This document shows, in pieces, positions 39,349 to 49,200 of a stretch of DNA of 64,000 nt. The position numbers and the translations under genes are program-made. The notes under the pieces were generated by a model. That model did not search any database, was not told the DNA's origin, and saw only the letters and a list, made by a program, of their open reading frames with translations. Every line of letters starts with the position of its first letter. Position 1 is the first letter of the stretch. The stretch is taken from the NCBI GenBank assembly GCA_024233595.1, contig JACKPK010000004.1:77180-141179 (forward strand). Direction: 5' to 3'. This DNA is from Deltaproteobacteria bacterium. GTDB taxonomy: Bacteria; UBA10199; JADGCS01.

Positions 39349-39851
39349 ATCCCGACAGCCTGATTTTAAAATACGTGGCGCGGTTTTTGGTGTTCTTCAT
39401 CAACATCTTTGCTTTTCATATTTTTGTGCAAGGGCACAACCAACCTGGTGGCGGTTTTATCGCTGGCCTCATTTCGGCCATCTCTCTCATTTTACTCACC
39501 ATGAGCCTTGGCTTTAGCGAGGCAAAACGTGTGATCCGATTTGACTCGGCATTTTTAGCGGCCTTAGGATTGGTCATGGCTTATGCCACATCCATCGCTC
39601 CCAGTTTTTTTGGCGTGGAATTCCTAAACCATAACTTCTGGCATGTGCACATTCCCTTTTTAGGAGACTGGCATGTTGGCACCCCTTTCTTTTTTGATCT
39701 TGGTGTTTATCTGGTGGTGGTTGGGGTCACCAGCAAAATCATCATTTGTTTATCCTTCCTTGCTTACGAACAAAAAGAAGCGTGTCTAGATCCTTTAAAA
39801 TTGCGTTTTGAACTCACCGAAAACAACACAGAACAAAAGGAGGACGCGTGA
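39345..39851 (+). CDS. mrpB: Na+/H+ antiporter Mrp/Mnh subunit B
   Basis: 168-aa membrane protein (...HNQPGGGFIAGL...) at the second operon position, with 4-nt overlaps on both sides. Confidence 0.85.
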   Translation: MNPDSLILKYVARFLVFFINIFAFHIFVQGHNQPGGGFIAGLISAISLILLTMSLGFSEAKRVIRFDSAFLAALGLVMAYATSIAPSFFGVEFLNHNFWHVHIPFLGDWHVGTPFFFDLGVYLVVVGVTSKIIICLSFLAYEQKEACLDPLKLRFELTENNTEQKEDA

Positions 39852-40192
39852 ACCTCATCATCGCGATCATGACTGCCCTTCTTTTTGGTGCTGGTATTTA
39901 TTTGGTGCTGGAACAGAAATTATTAAAAATATTATTTGGTCTTTCGCTGCTGACTCACGCGGGTAATCTTTTCATCTTGTCAGTCTCTGGAGACCCCACA
40001 GGAAAAATCGCCCCCATCATTAAAAACACCGCGCAAGCTCCTTACGTAGACCCCTTGCCCCAGGCTCTGATTTTAACAGCCATTGTGATTGGCTTTGGTG
40101 TTTCCGCCTATTTTGTTGTCCTTATTTTTAGATTCTTCCGCGAAGAAAACGAAACCAGTTTAGAAGAGGTTTTTACAAACAATGAGCGCTAA
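39848..40192 (+). CDS. mrpC: Na+/H+ antiporter Mrp/Mnh subunit C (NuoK-like)
   Basis: 114 aa, 3 TM, ...GIYLVLEQKLLKILFGLSLLTHAGNLFIL...DPLPQALILTAIVIGFG typical of MnhC/NuoK. GTG start. Confidence 0.85.
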   Translation: MNLIIAIMTALLFGAGIYLVLEQKLLKILFGLSLLTHAGNLFILSVSGDPTGKIAPIIKNTAQAPYVDPLPQALILTAIVIGFGVSAYFVVLIFRFFREENETSLEEVFTNNER

Positions 40193-41684
40193 CATTGCCA
40201 TTCTGCCTATCTTTTTGCCTTTCTGCATCGCCTTGCTCTTTCTTGTGTGGCGATCAACAAACGCGTTACGAAGAACCGTGGCGGGCTCGTTGGCATTATT
40301 GCTTTTTGCTTTGAGCCTAAAAATCACCCACCAGGTTTATGTCTCTGACATCATCGTCCTTAAAGTGGGTGGGTGGCAGCCTCCTTTTGGCATTGCGCTC
40401 ACAATCGATTTATTCAGTGCCATCATGCTTTGCCTGAGCACCTTAACAGCTTTCTTTTGCCTGTTGCATTCTTTCACGAGCACAAAACAAAAAAACGAAA
40501 ACGTCTTGTACCTGCCCTTGTTTTTCTTTTTGCTAACCGGCATCAACATGGCTTTTGCTACGGGCGACTTATTTAATCTTTTTGTGTCCTTTGAAGTCAT
40601 GTTGATTTCTTCGTACGCTTTGATGACCTTAGAGGCTAAAGGAAAAGACGTTAAGTTTGCGTTCTCTTACATCACCATCAACTTGATCGGCAGCACTCTG
40701 TTTTTATTAGGTGCTGCGCTGTTGTACGCCCACACAGGCACATTAAACTACGCGGACATCGCGCAAAAATCACAAGACCTAGCGCAAACACCTTATTTTC
40801 AAATCACGGCAACAATCTTGTTTTTTGTTTTTGCGATCAAAGCCGGCATGTTCCCTCTTTATTACTGGTTACCAAAAAGCTACCCAGTGTTGAGTTTTTC
40901 GAGCGCAGGTTTTTTTGGCGGCATGCTCACCAAGGTTGGGGTTTACGCTATTCTCCGCTTATTTTGCACAATCTTGCCACACAACATGAATTTCTTGCAC
41001 AACTTCTTATTGTATTTTGCTGTCCCCACCATGATTTTCGGTGTGCTTGGCGCCGTGGCACAAAGTAGCATCAAACGCATTTTGTCTTATCACATCATCA
41101 GCCAGGTCGGCTTCATGTTACTCGCCATCGGTTTTTTCACACCGCTTGGCATCACAGCCGCCATTCTTTACATCATTCACCACATTCTGGTGAAAGCCTC
41201 TTTGTTTTTAATCGGCGGCCTTGCCGAAAAAGTCTGCGGCACAGATGAGCTCGAAGACATGGGTGGTCTGTGGCGATTCACCCCCATCATCGGCATTTTA
41301 TTTTTGTTTCAAGCTTTGTCACTAGCCGGCATCCCGCCACTCAGTGGTTTTTGGGGCAAGTACCTTATCCTAGTGGTTGCGGTCGCCGAAAAACATTATG
41401 CCTTTGCGTTCTTTTCGTTACTTGCCAGTGTGTTGACTTTAATGAGCATGCTCAAAATTTGGTTAGGGGCTTTCTGGAAACCCGCGGTTAAAAAACCACA
41501 GGATTTAAAATTAGATTCTTGGCAAGTTGGTGCCGCGGTTCTTGCCCTTATGGTTTGCTGCTCACTGGTCATTGGTTTGGGTGTGGGGCATTTTTATGAG
41601 CTGGCGCAACAAGCTTCTGATCAACTCCTGGATCAAAGCCATTACATTGAAGCTGTTTTGGCTCTTGAAGGAGCAACACCATGA
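40182..41684 (+). CDS. mrpD: Na+/H+ antiporter Mrp/Mnh subunit D (NuoN/ND2-4-like)
   Basis: 500-aa polytopic protein with proton-pump-type motifs (...FAIKAGMFPLYYWLPKSYP...GIPPLSGFWGK...). Confidence 0.9.
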   Translation: MSANIAILPIFLPFCIALLFLVWRSTNALRRTVAGSLALLLFALSLKITHQVYVSDIIVLKVGGWQPPFGIALTIDLFSAIMLCLSTLTAFFCLLHSFTSTKQKNENVLYLPLFFFLLTGINMAFATGDLFNLFVSFEVMLISSYALMTLEAKGKDVKFAFSYITINLIGSTLFLLGAALLYAHTGTLNYADIAQKSQDLAQTPYFQITATILFFVFAIKAGMFPLYYWLPKSYPVLSFSSAGFFGGMLTKVGVYAILRLFCTILPHNMNFLHNFLLYFAVPTMIFGVLGAVAQSSIKRILSYHIISQVGFMLLAIGFFTPLGITAAILYIIHHILVKASLFLIGGLAEKVCGTDELEDMGGLWRFTPIIGILFLFQALSLAGIPPLSGFWGKYLILVVAVAEKHYAFAFFSLLASVLTLMSMLKIWLGAFWKPAVKKPQDLKLDSWQVGAAVLALMVCCSLVIGLGVGHFYELAQQASDQLLDQSHYIEAVLALEGATP

Positions 41685-42187
41685 ACCTTTTATTTTTAAA
41701 CATTGCACTGGCAACAGTTTGGTGGTTGCTTTCGACGCCTCCCGAAGCCTCTGATCTTTTTGTGGGCTTTGTTCTGGGTTTTTTCCTTGTCGCTGTCTTG
41801 GGAAAAATTTTGGAATTCAAGCAAAGAGAAGGCGATCAAAAATCAAAATTCAATTACCCTCGCAAAACCATTGCCTTGCTTTACTTTTGCCTGTGGTTTT
41901 TTAAAGAATTCATCAAATCAAATTTAAAAATCTTGTGGGCGGTGTGGACCAAACCCATCAGTAAAATACAGCCTCATCTTTTTCAGATTGATGTGACACC
42001 TTTATCCACTTTTGAAATTGTCATGCTGTCAAACTGCATCACACTCACACCTGGCACAACAACAGTGAGCGTGGGAGAAGACGAAACAACGCTTTTGGTT
42101 CATGCTTTTGATGGCGAGAACACTCAAGACGAAAAAGACAGCATCGATGTATTAACCAAAAACATTTTACGATTCACACGGGCTTAA
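41681..42187 (+). CDS. mrpE: Na+/H+ antiporter Mrp/Mnh subunit E
   Basis: 168 aa with MnhE-like features (...SNLKILWAVWTKP...SNCITLTPGTTTV...) at the fifth position. Confidence 0.85.
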   Translation: MNLLFLNIALATVWWLLSTPPEASDLFVGFVLGFFLVAVLGKILEFKQREGDQKSKFNYPRKTIALLYFCLWFFKEFIKSNLKILWAVWTKPISKIQPHLFQIDVTPLSTFEIVMLSNCITLTPGTTTVSVGEDETTLLVHAFDGENTQDEKDSIDVLTKNILRFTRA

Positions 42188-42191
42188 AACT

Positions 42192-42500
42192 ATGACCAAT
42201 TTGAGCATCACAATCTGTTCGATCATGTTATTTGTGGGGATCCTATTCGCAGTTATCCGTCTTTACAAAGGACCTCGGCTTGTTGACCGCGTCATGAGTC
42301 TAGATGGCATTGCGGTTTGCGTTGTGGGTTTCATGGTTCTCGAAATGCTCAAGACCCAACAGGTCTTTTACATCGATTTGATTTTGGTGTTTTCTTTACT
42401 GAATTTCATGGGGGTTGTGGCCTTTGTGTTTTACCTAAACAAAGATTACAAACCCAAAGGCTCCAAAGAATTTCCCGAAGAAGGAGGACGCCTTGACTGA
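42192..42500 (+). CDS. mrpF: Na+/H+ antiporter Mrp/Mnh subunit F
   Basis: 102 aa, 3 TM (...RLYKGPRLVDRVMSLDGI...) typical of MnhF. Confidence 0.85.
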   Translation: MTNLSITICSIMLFVGILFAVIRLYKGPRLVDRVMSLDGIAVCVVGFMVLEMLKTQQVFYIDLILVFSLLNFMGVVAFVFYLNKDYKPKGSKEFPEEGGRLD

Positions 42501-42807
42501 ACTCTTTGCCAATTTCTTTCTCTTGTATGGGGCGTTTTTAATTTTATCGACCACACTTGGTATGATGCGCCTGCCCGATATTTATTGCCGCTCGCATGCC
42601 TTGGCAAAATCAATGCCGCTTGGTGTGAACTCCATGCTCATTGGGCTTTGGGTTCACATGGACCTTTACCACTCTTCTGGCTTTAAAGTTTTTTTGGCCA
42701 TTCTGTTTCAAGTCATCAGCATCCCGGTTGCGGGTCACGTGATGGCCTTGCTCGCCTACCGCAAAGGTGTGCCAAGGCATAACGAACGCGAAATTGACAT
42801 TTACTGA
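42493..42807 (+). CDS. mrpG: Na+/H+ antiporter Mrp/Mnh subunit G
   Basis: 104 aa, ...LSTTLGMMRLPDIYCRSHALAKS... (MnhG signature G..R.pD.y.R.HA). TTG start overlaps mrpF by 8 nt. Confidence 0.85.
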   Translation: MTELFANFFLLYGAFLILSTTLGMMRLPDIYCRSHALAKSMPLGVNSMLIGLWVHMDLYHSSGFKVFLAILFQVISIPVAGHVMALLAYRKGVPRHNEREIDIY

Positions 42808-42808
42808 T

Positions 42809-43165
42809 TCAACTTGCCCAAGTTTTTTTGAACAGATCCTCTTTAAAACCCACCGTGACTTTGGCGCCATCAATCACAATCGGGCGTTTCACAAGACGAC
42901 CATTGCTCGCCAATAAATCAATTGCCTCGTCCTGACTCAATGTCGGCAATTTATCTTTCATGTTGAGCTCGCGGTACTGCACTCCTGATTTATTGAAGAG
43001 ATCTTTTAGCGCATACTCCCCTGATTTGAGGATTTTTTTGAGCTCCGTTTTGCTGGGCGGGGTCTCTGTGATGTCGACCTCTTTAAAGCTGACATCGTAC
43101 TGACCCAAAGCCTTTTTGGCCTTTTGGCAGGTGCTGCATTTGGCGTATCCATAATAAGTGACCAT
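42809..43165 (-). CDS. ArsC/Spx/YffB-family thioredoxin-fold protein
   Basis: MVTYYGYAKCSTCQKAKKAL...LVKRPIVIDG... is the ArsC-family N-terminal C-x-x-C/T context. The ORF-track start at 43213 runs through an upstream inverted repeat, so ATG 43165 gives the family-typical N-terminus. Confidence 0.8.
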   Translation of the reverse strand: MVTYYGYAKCSTCQKAKKALGQYDVSFKEVDITETPPSKTELKKILKSGEYALKDLFNKSGVQYRELNMKDKLPTLSQDEAIDLLASNGRLVKRPIVIDGAKVTVGFKEDLFKKTWAS

Positions 43166-43197
43166 GATTTTGTCCTTCTCCGTTATTTTTGAATGAA

Positions 43198-43229
43198 CTA
43201 AAAGTACGTACAAGATACGTACTTTTTAG
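43198..43229. promoter_or_regulatory. Inverted repeat with GTACGTA core upstream of ArsC-family gene (candidate operator)
   Basis: AAAAGTACGTA (43200-43210), caaga, TACGTACTTTT (43216-43226): perfect 11-bp arms about 35 nt upstream of ATG 43165. It shares the 10-mer AGTACGTACA with 17471-17480. Confidence 0.45.
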
Positions 43230-43412
43230 AAATATAATGATAAATATTTGTTTTTACTTATTTATTTTGAATTCCTTGTTCAGACCTATTTGCCACCACT
43301 TTTATTTTTTTGGCGTATTCAAGATCTGTGGTTTTTTTTAAAAAAAATACGACTGACCTAGCAACATTTAAATCAATTGTTCGATAACAAAGCTAGCAAT
43401 TGGAGAATTTTT

Positions 43413-44375
43413 ATGAGTGAAATCAACGCAAGCAAACCAGAACCCAGCATGGATTTTGGCACCATCAACGTCGAATTTTCAACAGCACAAAGCCTGGTCA
43501 ACGCCAAAACACGCGAACAAGTTGCTGAATCAATCGACCACATGGGTCGCGTCAAAGAAAACGCGATCATCCTGACTGATGCCAACAACAATGGTTTTTT
43601 TGATACAGACGATTATGCTCAAATTGGTCAAGCAGATGGCAAAACCAAGCTTGCTGTCTACAAAAAAAGTGGTCATGACATCTTAGGCATGGTCGGTTTT
43701 TTTAATGAAATCAAAAACGGCGACCAAGAAATCGCTTATTTTTCTAAACCGATTCCTGCAGAGCAAGTAGGCGAAGACAACATGGTTGAAGCGGGCATTT
43801 ATATTTATGCCAAGCACGACTCACGTCAATTCAATTTAGAAATTGGACGCACCTCTGAATTCTGGCGTAGCATGAAATTTTTTCAAGTCGGCAAAGTCAA
43901 AGAAGTTTATAGCGATGGTAAATTAGCTGACAGTTTGTACAGCGATTCCGAAGACCGTCGTATTTGGGATCAAGGAAGCGACGTGATCCTCGTCAACGAT
44001 GTGGAAAAACGCATTCAAGAAATTAAATGTCCCGAAATCACGTCTAACAAAAAAACTGAAATGCAAGAGCAAGCCGATCAGCAAAGAAAATGCATGGCCG
44101 AAAAAATTGAGCTAATGGGTGAAGCACAAATGGCTTACGGCGAGTATCTAGAAACTCTTTCGCAACCTATTGGCGACTTCCAAAACAGCACAGAACTCTT
44201 AGAAGTTTTTAATCGTCTCGAGAATGCTGAAAAAGTTGAAGACATTCCTAATCCTGCAGAACTTCTGTCTTTAGCTAAAGCAGCTCAATCTCACCGACAA
44301 TCAGAAGCTTTTAAAAATTATTTGAGCAAAGTTCTTAAAATAGACGCTAAAAAGACCGACGATTCAGAAAAATAA
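43413..44375 (+). CDS. Hypothetical cytoplasmic protein
   Basis: 320-aa ORF with no signal peptide. GGAG lies 8 nt upstream of ATG 43413, and a strong terminator follows. No recognisable motif. Confidence 0.55.
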   Translation: MSEINASKPEPSMDFGTINVEFSTAQSLVNAKTREQVAESIDHMGRVKENAIILTDANNNGFFDTDDYAQIGQADGKTKLAVYKKSGHDILGMVGFFNEIKNGDQEIAYFSKPIPAEQVGEDNMVEAGIYIYAKHDSRQFNLEIGRTSEFWRSMKFFQVGKVKEVYSDGKLADSLYSDSEDRRIWDQGSDVILVNDVEKRIQEIKCPEITSNKKTEMQEQADQQRKCMAEKIELMGEAQMAYGEYLETLSQPIGDFQNSTELLEVFNRLENAEKVEDIPNPAELLSLAKAAQSHRQSEAFKNYLSKVLKIDAKKTDDSEK

Positions 44376-44404
44376 TTTAAACTTTCCTTTCGAACGAACA
44401 CTTG

Positions 44405-44448
44405 AACCCCAAAGCCGAGAAGCTACCGGCTTTGGGGTTTCTTTTTTT
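44405..44448 (+). terminator. Rho-independent terminator
   Basis: Perfect 13-bp stem AACCCCAAAGCCG (44405-44417) / CGGCTTTGGGGTT (44427-44439), 9-nt loop, then TCTTTTTTT, 30 nt after the stop at 44375. Confidence 0.8.
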
Positions 44449-44500
44449 ATTTCTGAATTTTCCGATACCTTTCTTGCTAGGCCTTTGGCATAAGATCATC

Positions 44501-46030
44501 ATGGACTATGTCGATGCTCCTGAACAATCACAGCAAAAAACTTTACCCAGCAAAAGACACCGCTTCTGGATCACCATAGCTGCCCTCTCGGGACTTTTTC
44601 TTTCTGCCTTAGAAATGAACGTGGTCGGCACCGCGGCACCTTTAATTGTAAAAGACTTAGGCGGCTTTGAATATTTTGGTTGGCTCTTTGCTATTTATTT
44701 ACTCACCAGCACGCTGGCCATGCCCTTTTGGGGACGCGCGTGTGACCATTGGGGACGATCAGCAACATTTCAAGCCGCTCTCGGTTTTTTTATGCTGGGG
44801 TCGGTTGTTTGTGCGTTAGCGCCGTCATTTTGGATTCTTGTCATCGGGCGAGCCATACAAGGCTTAGGGTCTGGCGGGCTCTTGCCCATTAGTTTTACGC
44901 TTGTGACAGACGTGCACGACATGAAAACCCGCACCAAGTTACAAGCCGTGCTTTCTGGCATTTGGGGAATCGCCAATGCTTTGGGCCCTTTTTTAGGAGG
45001 CTACCTTGCCGAAACCCTGAGCTGGCGATTGATTTTTTGGTTCAATCTTTTTCCTGGCCTGGCGTCCTCTGTTCTCACGTATAAATTTTTCTCTGTGATT
45101 CGCTGGGAAAAAACCGAATTCAAACTTGGACCATGGAGCTTTTTGCTTTCGATCGGTTTTGTCACCCCTTTGGTGGTCGCCGCCTCACTCAAAAACCCAA
45201 AACACGCCATCTTAACCGCTTGCTTTGGTGTGATCATGGCGGTGTTATTTTTCTTACGCGAGTACCGCTCCAAGTGGCCTTTGATCCCCGTTGTCTTGTA
45301 TAAAAATCGTTTGTTCTTTTTGAGTTGTTTGTCTGGATTTTTATCAACCACCTTGGTCGTGGGTCTATCAGCTTATTTGCCTTTTTATTTTCAAATGACC
45401 CAAAACACCTCGCCCACACTTTCGGGATTATTGCTTTTGCCTTTCACTGTTTCTTGGTTGCTCTTTAGCGGCGTGAGTGCGCCACTCATGATGCGCATCA
45501 GTTACCGCACTCTTGTTGCCTTGGGCATGAACGCAAGCCTCGCGGGTTGTCTCTTGTTTTTGTATTACTTTGACCAAATGAACATCACACTCTCGTGCGT
45601 GGCCACATCTTTAATGGGCGCAGGCATGGCGTTTAACTTCACAGTTGTGATGATCGCCACACAGTACTCTGTACCACGCAATTTATTAAGCTCAGCCACC
45701 TCGGGTATTTTTTGGATTCGCAACATTGGTGGCGCGGTTGGCACAGCCCTTATGGGTTTGGTCTTGGTTCTCACCACAAAAAATAAAATCGCTGCCATGA
45801 CATTCCCAGATGCCTTGCTTGGCGCTAAAGAAAAAATCTTACAAAACCCCGATCTGATCGTGCAAGCTGACACCACCAAAGAACTCTTTGGTAACGCTTT
45901 ACCACTCATTCAAAAGGCCGTTGCCGATGGCATCTTCGCTAGCTTCTTGGTGTTTAGCATTGGCATTTTTTTATCGTGGTTCACCATCGCGTTTTTTCCC
46001 AAACAAACTCTAAAAGACCAGCAGACTTAA
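44501..46030 (+). CDS. MFS transporter (DHA2-like, ~14 TMS)
   Basis: Multi-TM protein with motif-A-like GRACDHWGRS and a repeated 6+2+6 TM organisation. The ORF-track TTG 44402 extension is merely the translated terminator hairpin, so ATG 44501 is used. Confidence 0.85.
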   Translation: MDYVDAPEQSQQKTLPSKRHRFWITIAALSGLFLSALEMNVVGTAAPLIVKDLGGFEYFGWLFAIYLLTSTLAMPFWGRACDHWGRSATFQAALGFFMLGSVVCALAPSFWILVIGRAIQGLGSGGLLPISFTLVTDVHDMKTRTKLQAVLSGIWGIANALGPFLGGYLAETLSWRLIFWFNLFPGLASSVLTYKFFSVIRWEKTEFKLGPWSFLLSIGFVTPLVVAASLKNPKHAILTACFGVIMAVLFFLREYRSKWPLIPVVLYKNRLFFLSCLSGFLSTTLVVGLSAYLPFYFQMTQNTSPTLSGLLLLPFTVSWLLFSGVSAPLMMRISYRTLVALGMNASLAGCLLFLYYFDQMNITLSCVATSLMGAGMAFNFTVVMIATQYSVPRNLLSSATSGIFWIRNIGGAVGTALMGLVLVLTTKNKIAAMTFPDALLGAKEKILQNPDLIVQADTTKELFGNALPLIQKAVADGIFASFLVFSIGIFLSWFTIAFFPKQTLKDQQT

Positions 46031-46105
46031 CAATTTAAAACTCCGCTTAACAAAGCCCCACACCAACAAAATCAAAAGCAAAACCCGCGCAACACTTAAC
46101 CTGTC

Positions 46106-46129
46106 GCCTGATTCATACAGGCATTTTTT
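46106..46129 (+). terminator. Weak candidate terminator after MFS gene
   Basis: GCCTG (46106-46110) / CAGGC (46118-46122), 7-nt loop, then ATTTTTT. The stem is only 5 bp. Confidence 0.3.
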
Positions 46130-46226
46130 GCTTATCAAAATGAGAGGATCCTGCACTTTTGGGGGTCTTTCTCCAGAGTCCTTAGAAAGAAACCCTGAAA
46201 ATCATTACAAAAATTTGATTTTTTTC

Positions 46227-46242
46227 TGGAACAGCTTTTGCA
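46227..46242 (+). promoter_or_regulatory. sigma54-type -24/-12 promoter candidate
   Basis: TGGAACA-gctt-TTGCA. GG (46228-46229) and GC (46240-46241) are separated by exactly 10 nt, as in TGGCACG-N4-TTGCW. It lies 15 nt upstream of ATG 46256. Confidence 0.4.
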
Positions 46243-46255
46243 CCAATTGGGAGGC

Positions 46256-49200
46256 ATGAAAAACATCACATCCCAACACCAGTTTCTTTTAGAATCACTG
46301 CTCTTTGCTTGCTGCTTGATCATCCTGACCATGGTCTCGTTTGCATCTCATCCTGTTTTGGCGCAAAGCGGAGGCATACCTGATCAGGTTTGTGTCGACA
46401 TTGACCGTGATGGCGTGACCACCTGTGATGGTGACTGTGATGATCGTAACACTGATGTTGCTCCCAATCGCCCTGAACTTTGTGATGGAGTCGATAACGA
46501 TTGTGATGGCCAAATCGACGAAGAATTATGGCAGCCCTTGCCAAACCAACAAGGCGCCTGCGCAGCCAACGGACAGATTTGTCAAAACGGATCATGGGTG
46601 AATGCGCCCAATAACCAAGAACCTGGTCCCGAAAACTGTGACAACATTGACAACGACTGCGATGGCGAAGTTGATCGCATTGTACGCAACTCGGCAAACC
46701 AACAAGGCAAATGCCAAAACAACCGCGACATTTGTCTGAATGGTGTTTGGGAACCTTTTATGGTGGGCTATTACACGCCCGAGAACCAAGATTTGTGTAA
46801 CGGACAAGATGACGATTGCGATGGCGAAATTGATGAAGACGATTCTATTTTTACTTACAATGCCGAGAGTGGACGCTGTGAAGCACAATGCCCAGAAGGA
46901 CAAATTTTTAACATGCAAGCCAAGGCCTGTGAACCTATTTGTCAACAAGGCCAAATTTTTAATCGCGAAACAAAACGTTGCGATGTGCAATGCCCTGCTG
47001 ATCAATTCTTAAGCGAAGAAACCGGGCGTTGTGAAAAACGTTGCGCTCAAGGTGAAATCATCAACCCGGAGACAGGACAATGCCAAGCCCCCTGCCCCCC
47101 AGGCCATTTCTTTGATGGCTTAAGTGGACAGTGTCAATCAGCTTGCGAAGTGTTCGAAGGCTTTAATGCTGACCAAAATCGTTGCGAAGCCAAGTGCGAT
47201 ATTGACCAACGTTGGGATGCCGAAGAGCTTCTTTGTGTGAACCTTTGCGAAGACGGACAGCTTTTTAATCCTTTAAAAAGCGAATGCCAAGACCTGCCAG
47301 CTTGCGCAAGCGATGAACTCACCGCTCATAAAGTCAGCTGTATCTCTGTTGATGCGAATGTGACTTGTATTTCTGCTCACGATGAAACGCACCGCACAGT
47401 GACTTTTAATAGCAATGTGGCTGATGTGGTTGTTTCTAACTCACATCTTTATGTGCTTTTGCAAAATCAAAAAATCTTCAGACTCTCTCTGACTGATGCG
47501 TTCACAATTGATAGCGCACAATTGCTTATTGAAGGCGAATCTTTGGAGGGCGCACAAGAGCTAGCGGTAAACTCAAAAGAAGTGCTCTTTGTGATGTACG
47601 CAAACGCCATCAAGCAACTCACAGACCAAGAGATGTATGTCATTTACGAAACACAGGTGGAACAGATCACAAGCATTGCAGCCATTGATGATCTCTACGC
47701 TATGGTTGGTGGACAGCTGAACAAAATCGATCCGGTGACAAAGTCAGCAACAAACCTGCACGACTACCGTGTTCTGATTGATGAAAAACTTGTCGATCAA
47801 ACTGAATCGAGCAAACTATTCCCTGCGCGCTTCAGCTTACAAAAGCACATGGTTCTTGCTTCTGGCGCCCACATGGATTTTTACAATTTAGAATCCAATC
47901 AAAACCACCACGCTCGCTTTGAAGACTACGGTATTAACACCATGAGCGTGACCGTGCACAACGAAACCAATCGTATTTTGGCTTACAACCCTTACTTGCC
48001 TGACATCATCTTGATCTCAAAAGAGGGACGTGTGCTGAACGAAACAAAAATTCTAGATGTTTTGCCTGAGCCTGTTGCCCCAAGTAGTTTAAACAGCACC
48101 ACCGCTTGTTTTGCGCCTGAAGTGATCAATGAAGAAACAGGTGACGAAGAAAGCGGCGATGGCACTCCTGAACAACAGGATCCTGAGCAAAATAATAACG
48201 ATGAGGTCACCCAAGACCAAGAAGAGCCAAATAGCGACAGCCCAAGCGATGACCAATCGGGCAATGACGATGGCTCACTCATTGGTGATAACAGACCTGA
48301 AGACCCGACTGTCACAACCATCACTTGTCGTGACGGCTCCGTTGTAGCCGACATCGGTGACTGCAGTTGTGTGGAAACCTGTGATGATCCCAAAGTCATC
48401 GAAGAAAAATTTTCGGACGCTCAAGTGAATCCTCCTGAAGAAGACGACACCGTGAAGAAAATCTCGGACACAATGTCGGATAGCGATAGCGGCAGCGGCG
48501 ATGATGTTAAGAAAATTTCGGATGTGACCGATGCATCCGACTCCTCAGAAAGGTCAGCAGATAGCTTAGACAGCACCCTTTCTGATTCTGGTGAACGTGT
48601 TTGTCCATTAAGTGGCAAAGCCCCTGTACGCAGCCTTTGCTTGGTGAATAAAAAATCCAATCGCATTGAGTGCTACAAAGACAAAGAGCTTGTTCGTAAA
48701 TTTGAAACCCAAGATGTTTCAAACTTGCTCACCACAAACTCAGGCAAACTGGTAGCGATGACTCGCGATCGCATTCTTGTTCATGACATCATGGACGACA
48801 ACGAAAAAGAACCCGATTCTATTTTAGAAAAACTCGATAGCTCCGAAACCATTCGCCCCAAACAAATTCAATTGGCGGATGACCAAGAGCAAATCATTGT
48901 TCTGCATCAAGATAAGTCTGGTTCTTCAAAACAAATCACCATTGATATGACCCGTAAAACCATCACAAACGAGAGTCCACAAATCACCGAAAAGGTTGAT
49001 GCAGCGCTTTTGGATCAAAGGGATGAACGCATTTACACCATCAGCAAAGATGCCGGTTCGATTTCGGTTTACGACACGCACACAGGCGAGCAGTTAGAAA
49101 AAATCTTATTGTCAGAGGAAGAAAAGATCTCCTTACAAGAAAAAGACGGATCTATTAAGACTCTCTCTATAGAAGATGACGAACTGCAAGTTTACTGGGA

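Noticed and set aside
43331-43346. T8A8 palindrome (ttttttttaaaaaaaa) in the ArsC-family/hypothetical intergenic region.
   Set aside because: It is a simple homopolymer junction in an AT-rich promoter region. It probably just contributes to DNA curvature or an UP-element-like context and is not specific enough to call a site.
44402-44500. N-terminal extension of the MFS ORF from TTG 44402 (MNPKAEKLPALGFLFLFL...).
   Set aside because: These codons are the translation of a perfect 13-bp-stem rho-independent terminator and its U-tract (44405-44448). The real start is ATG 44501.
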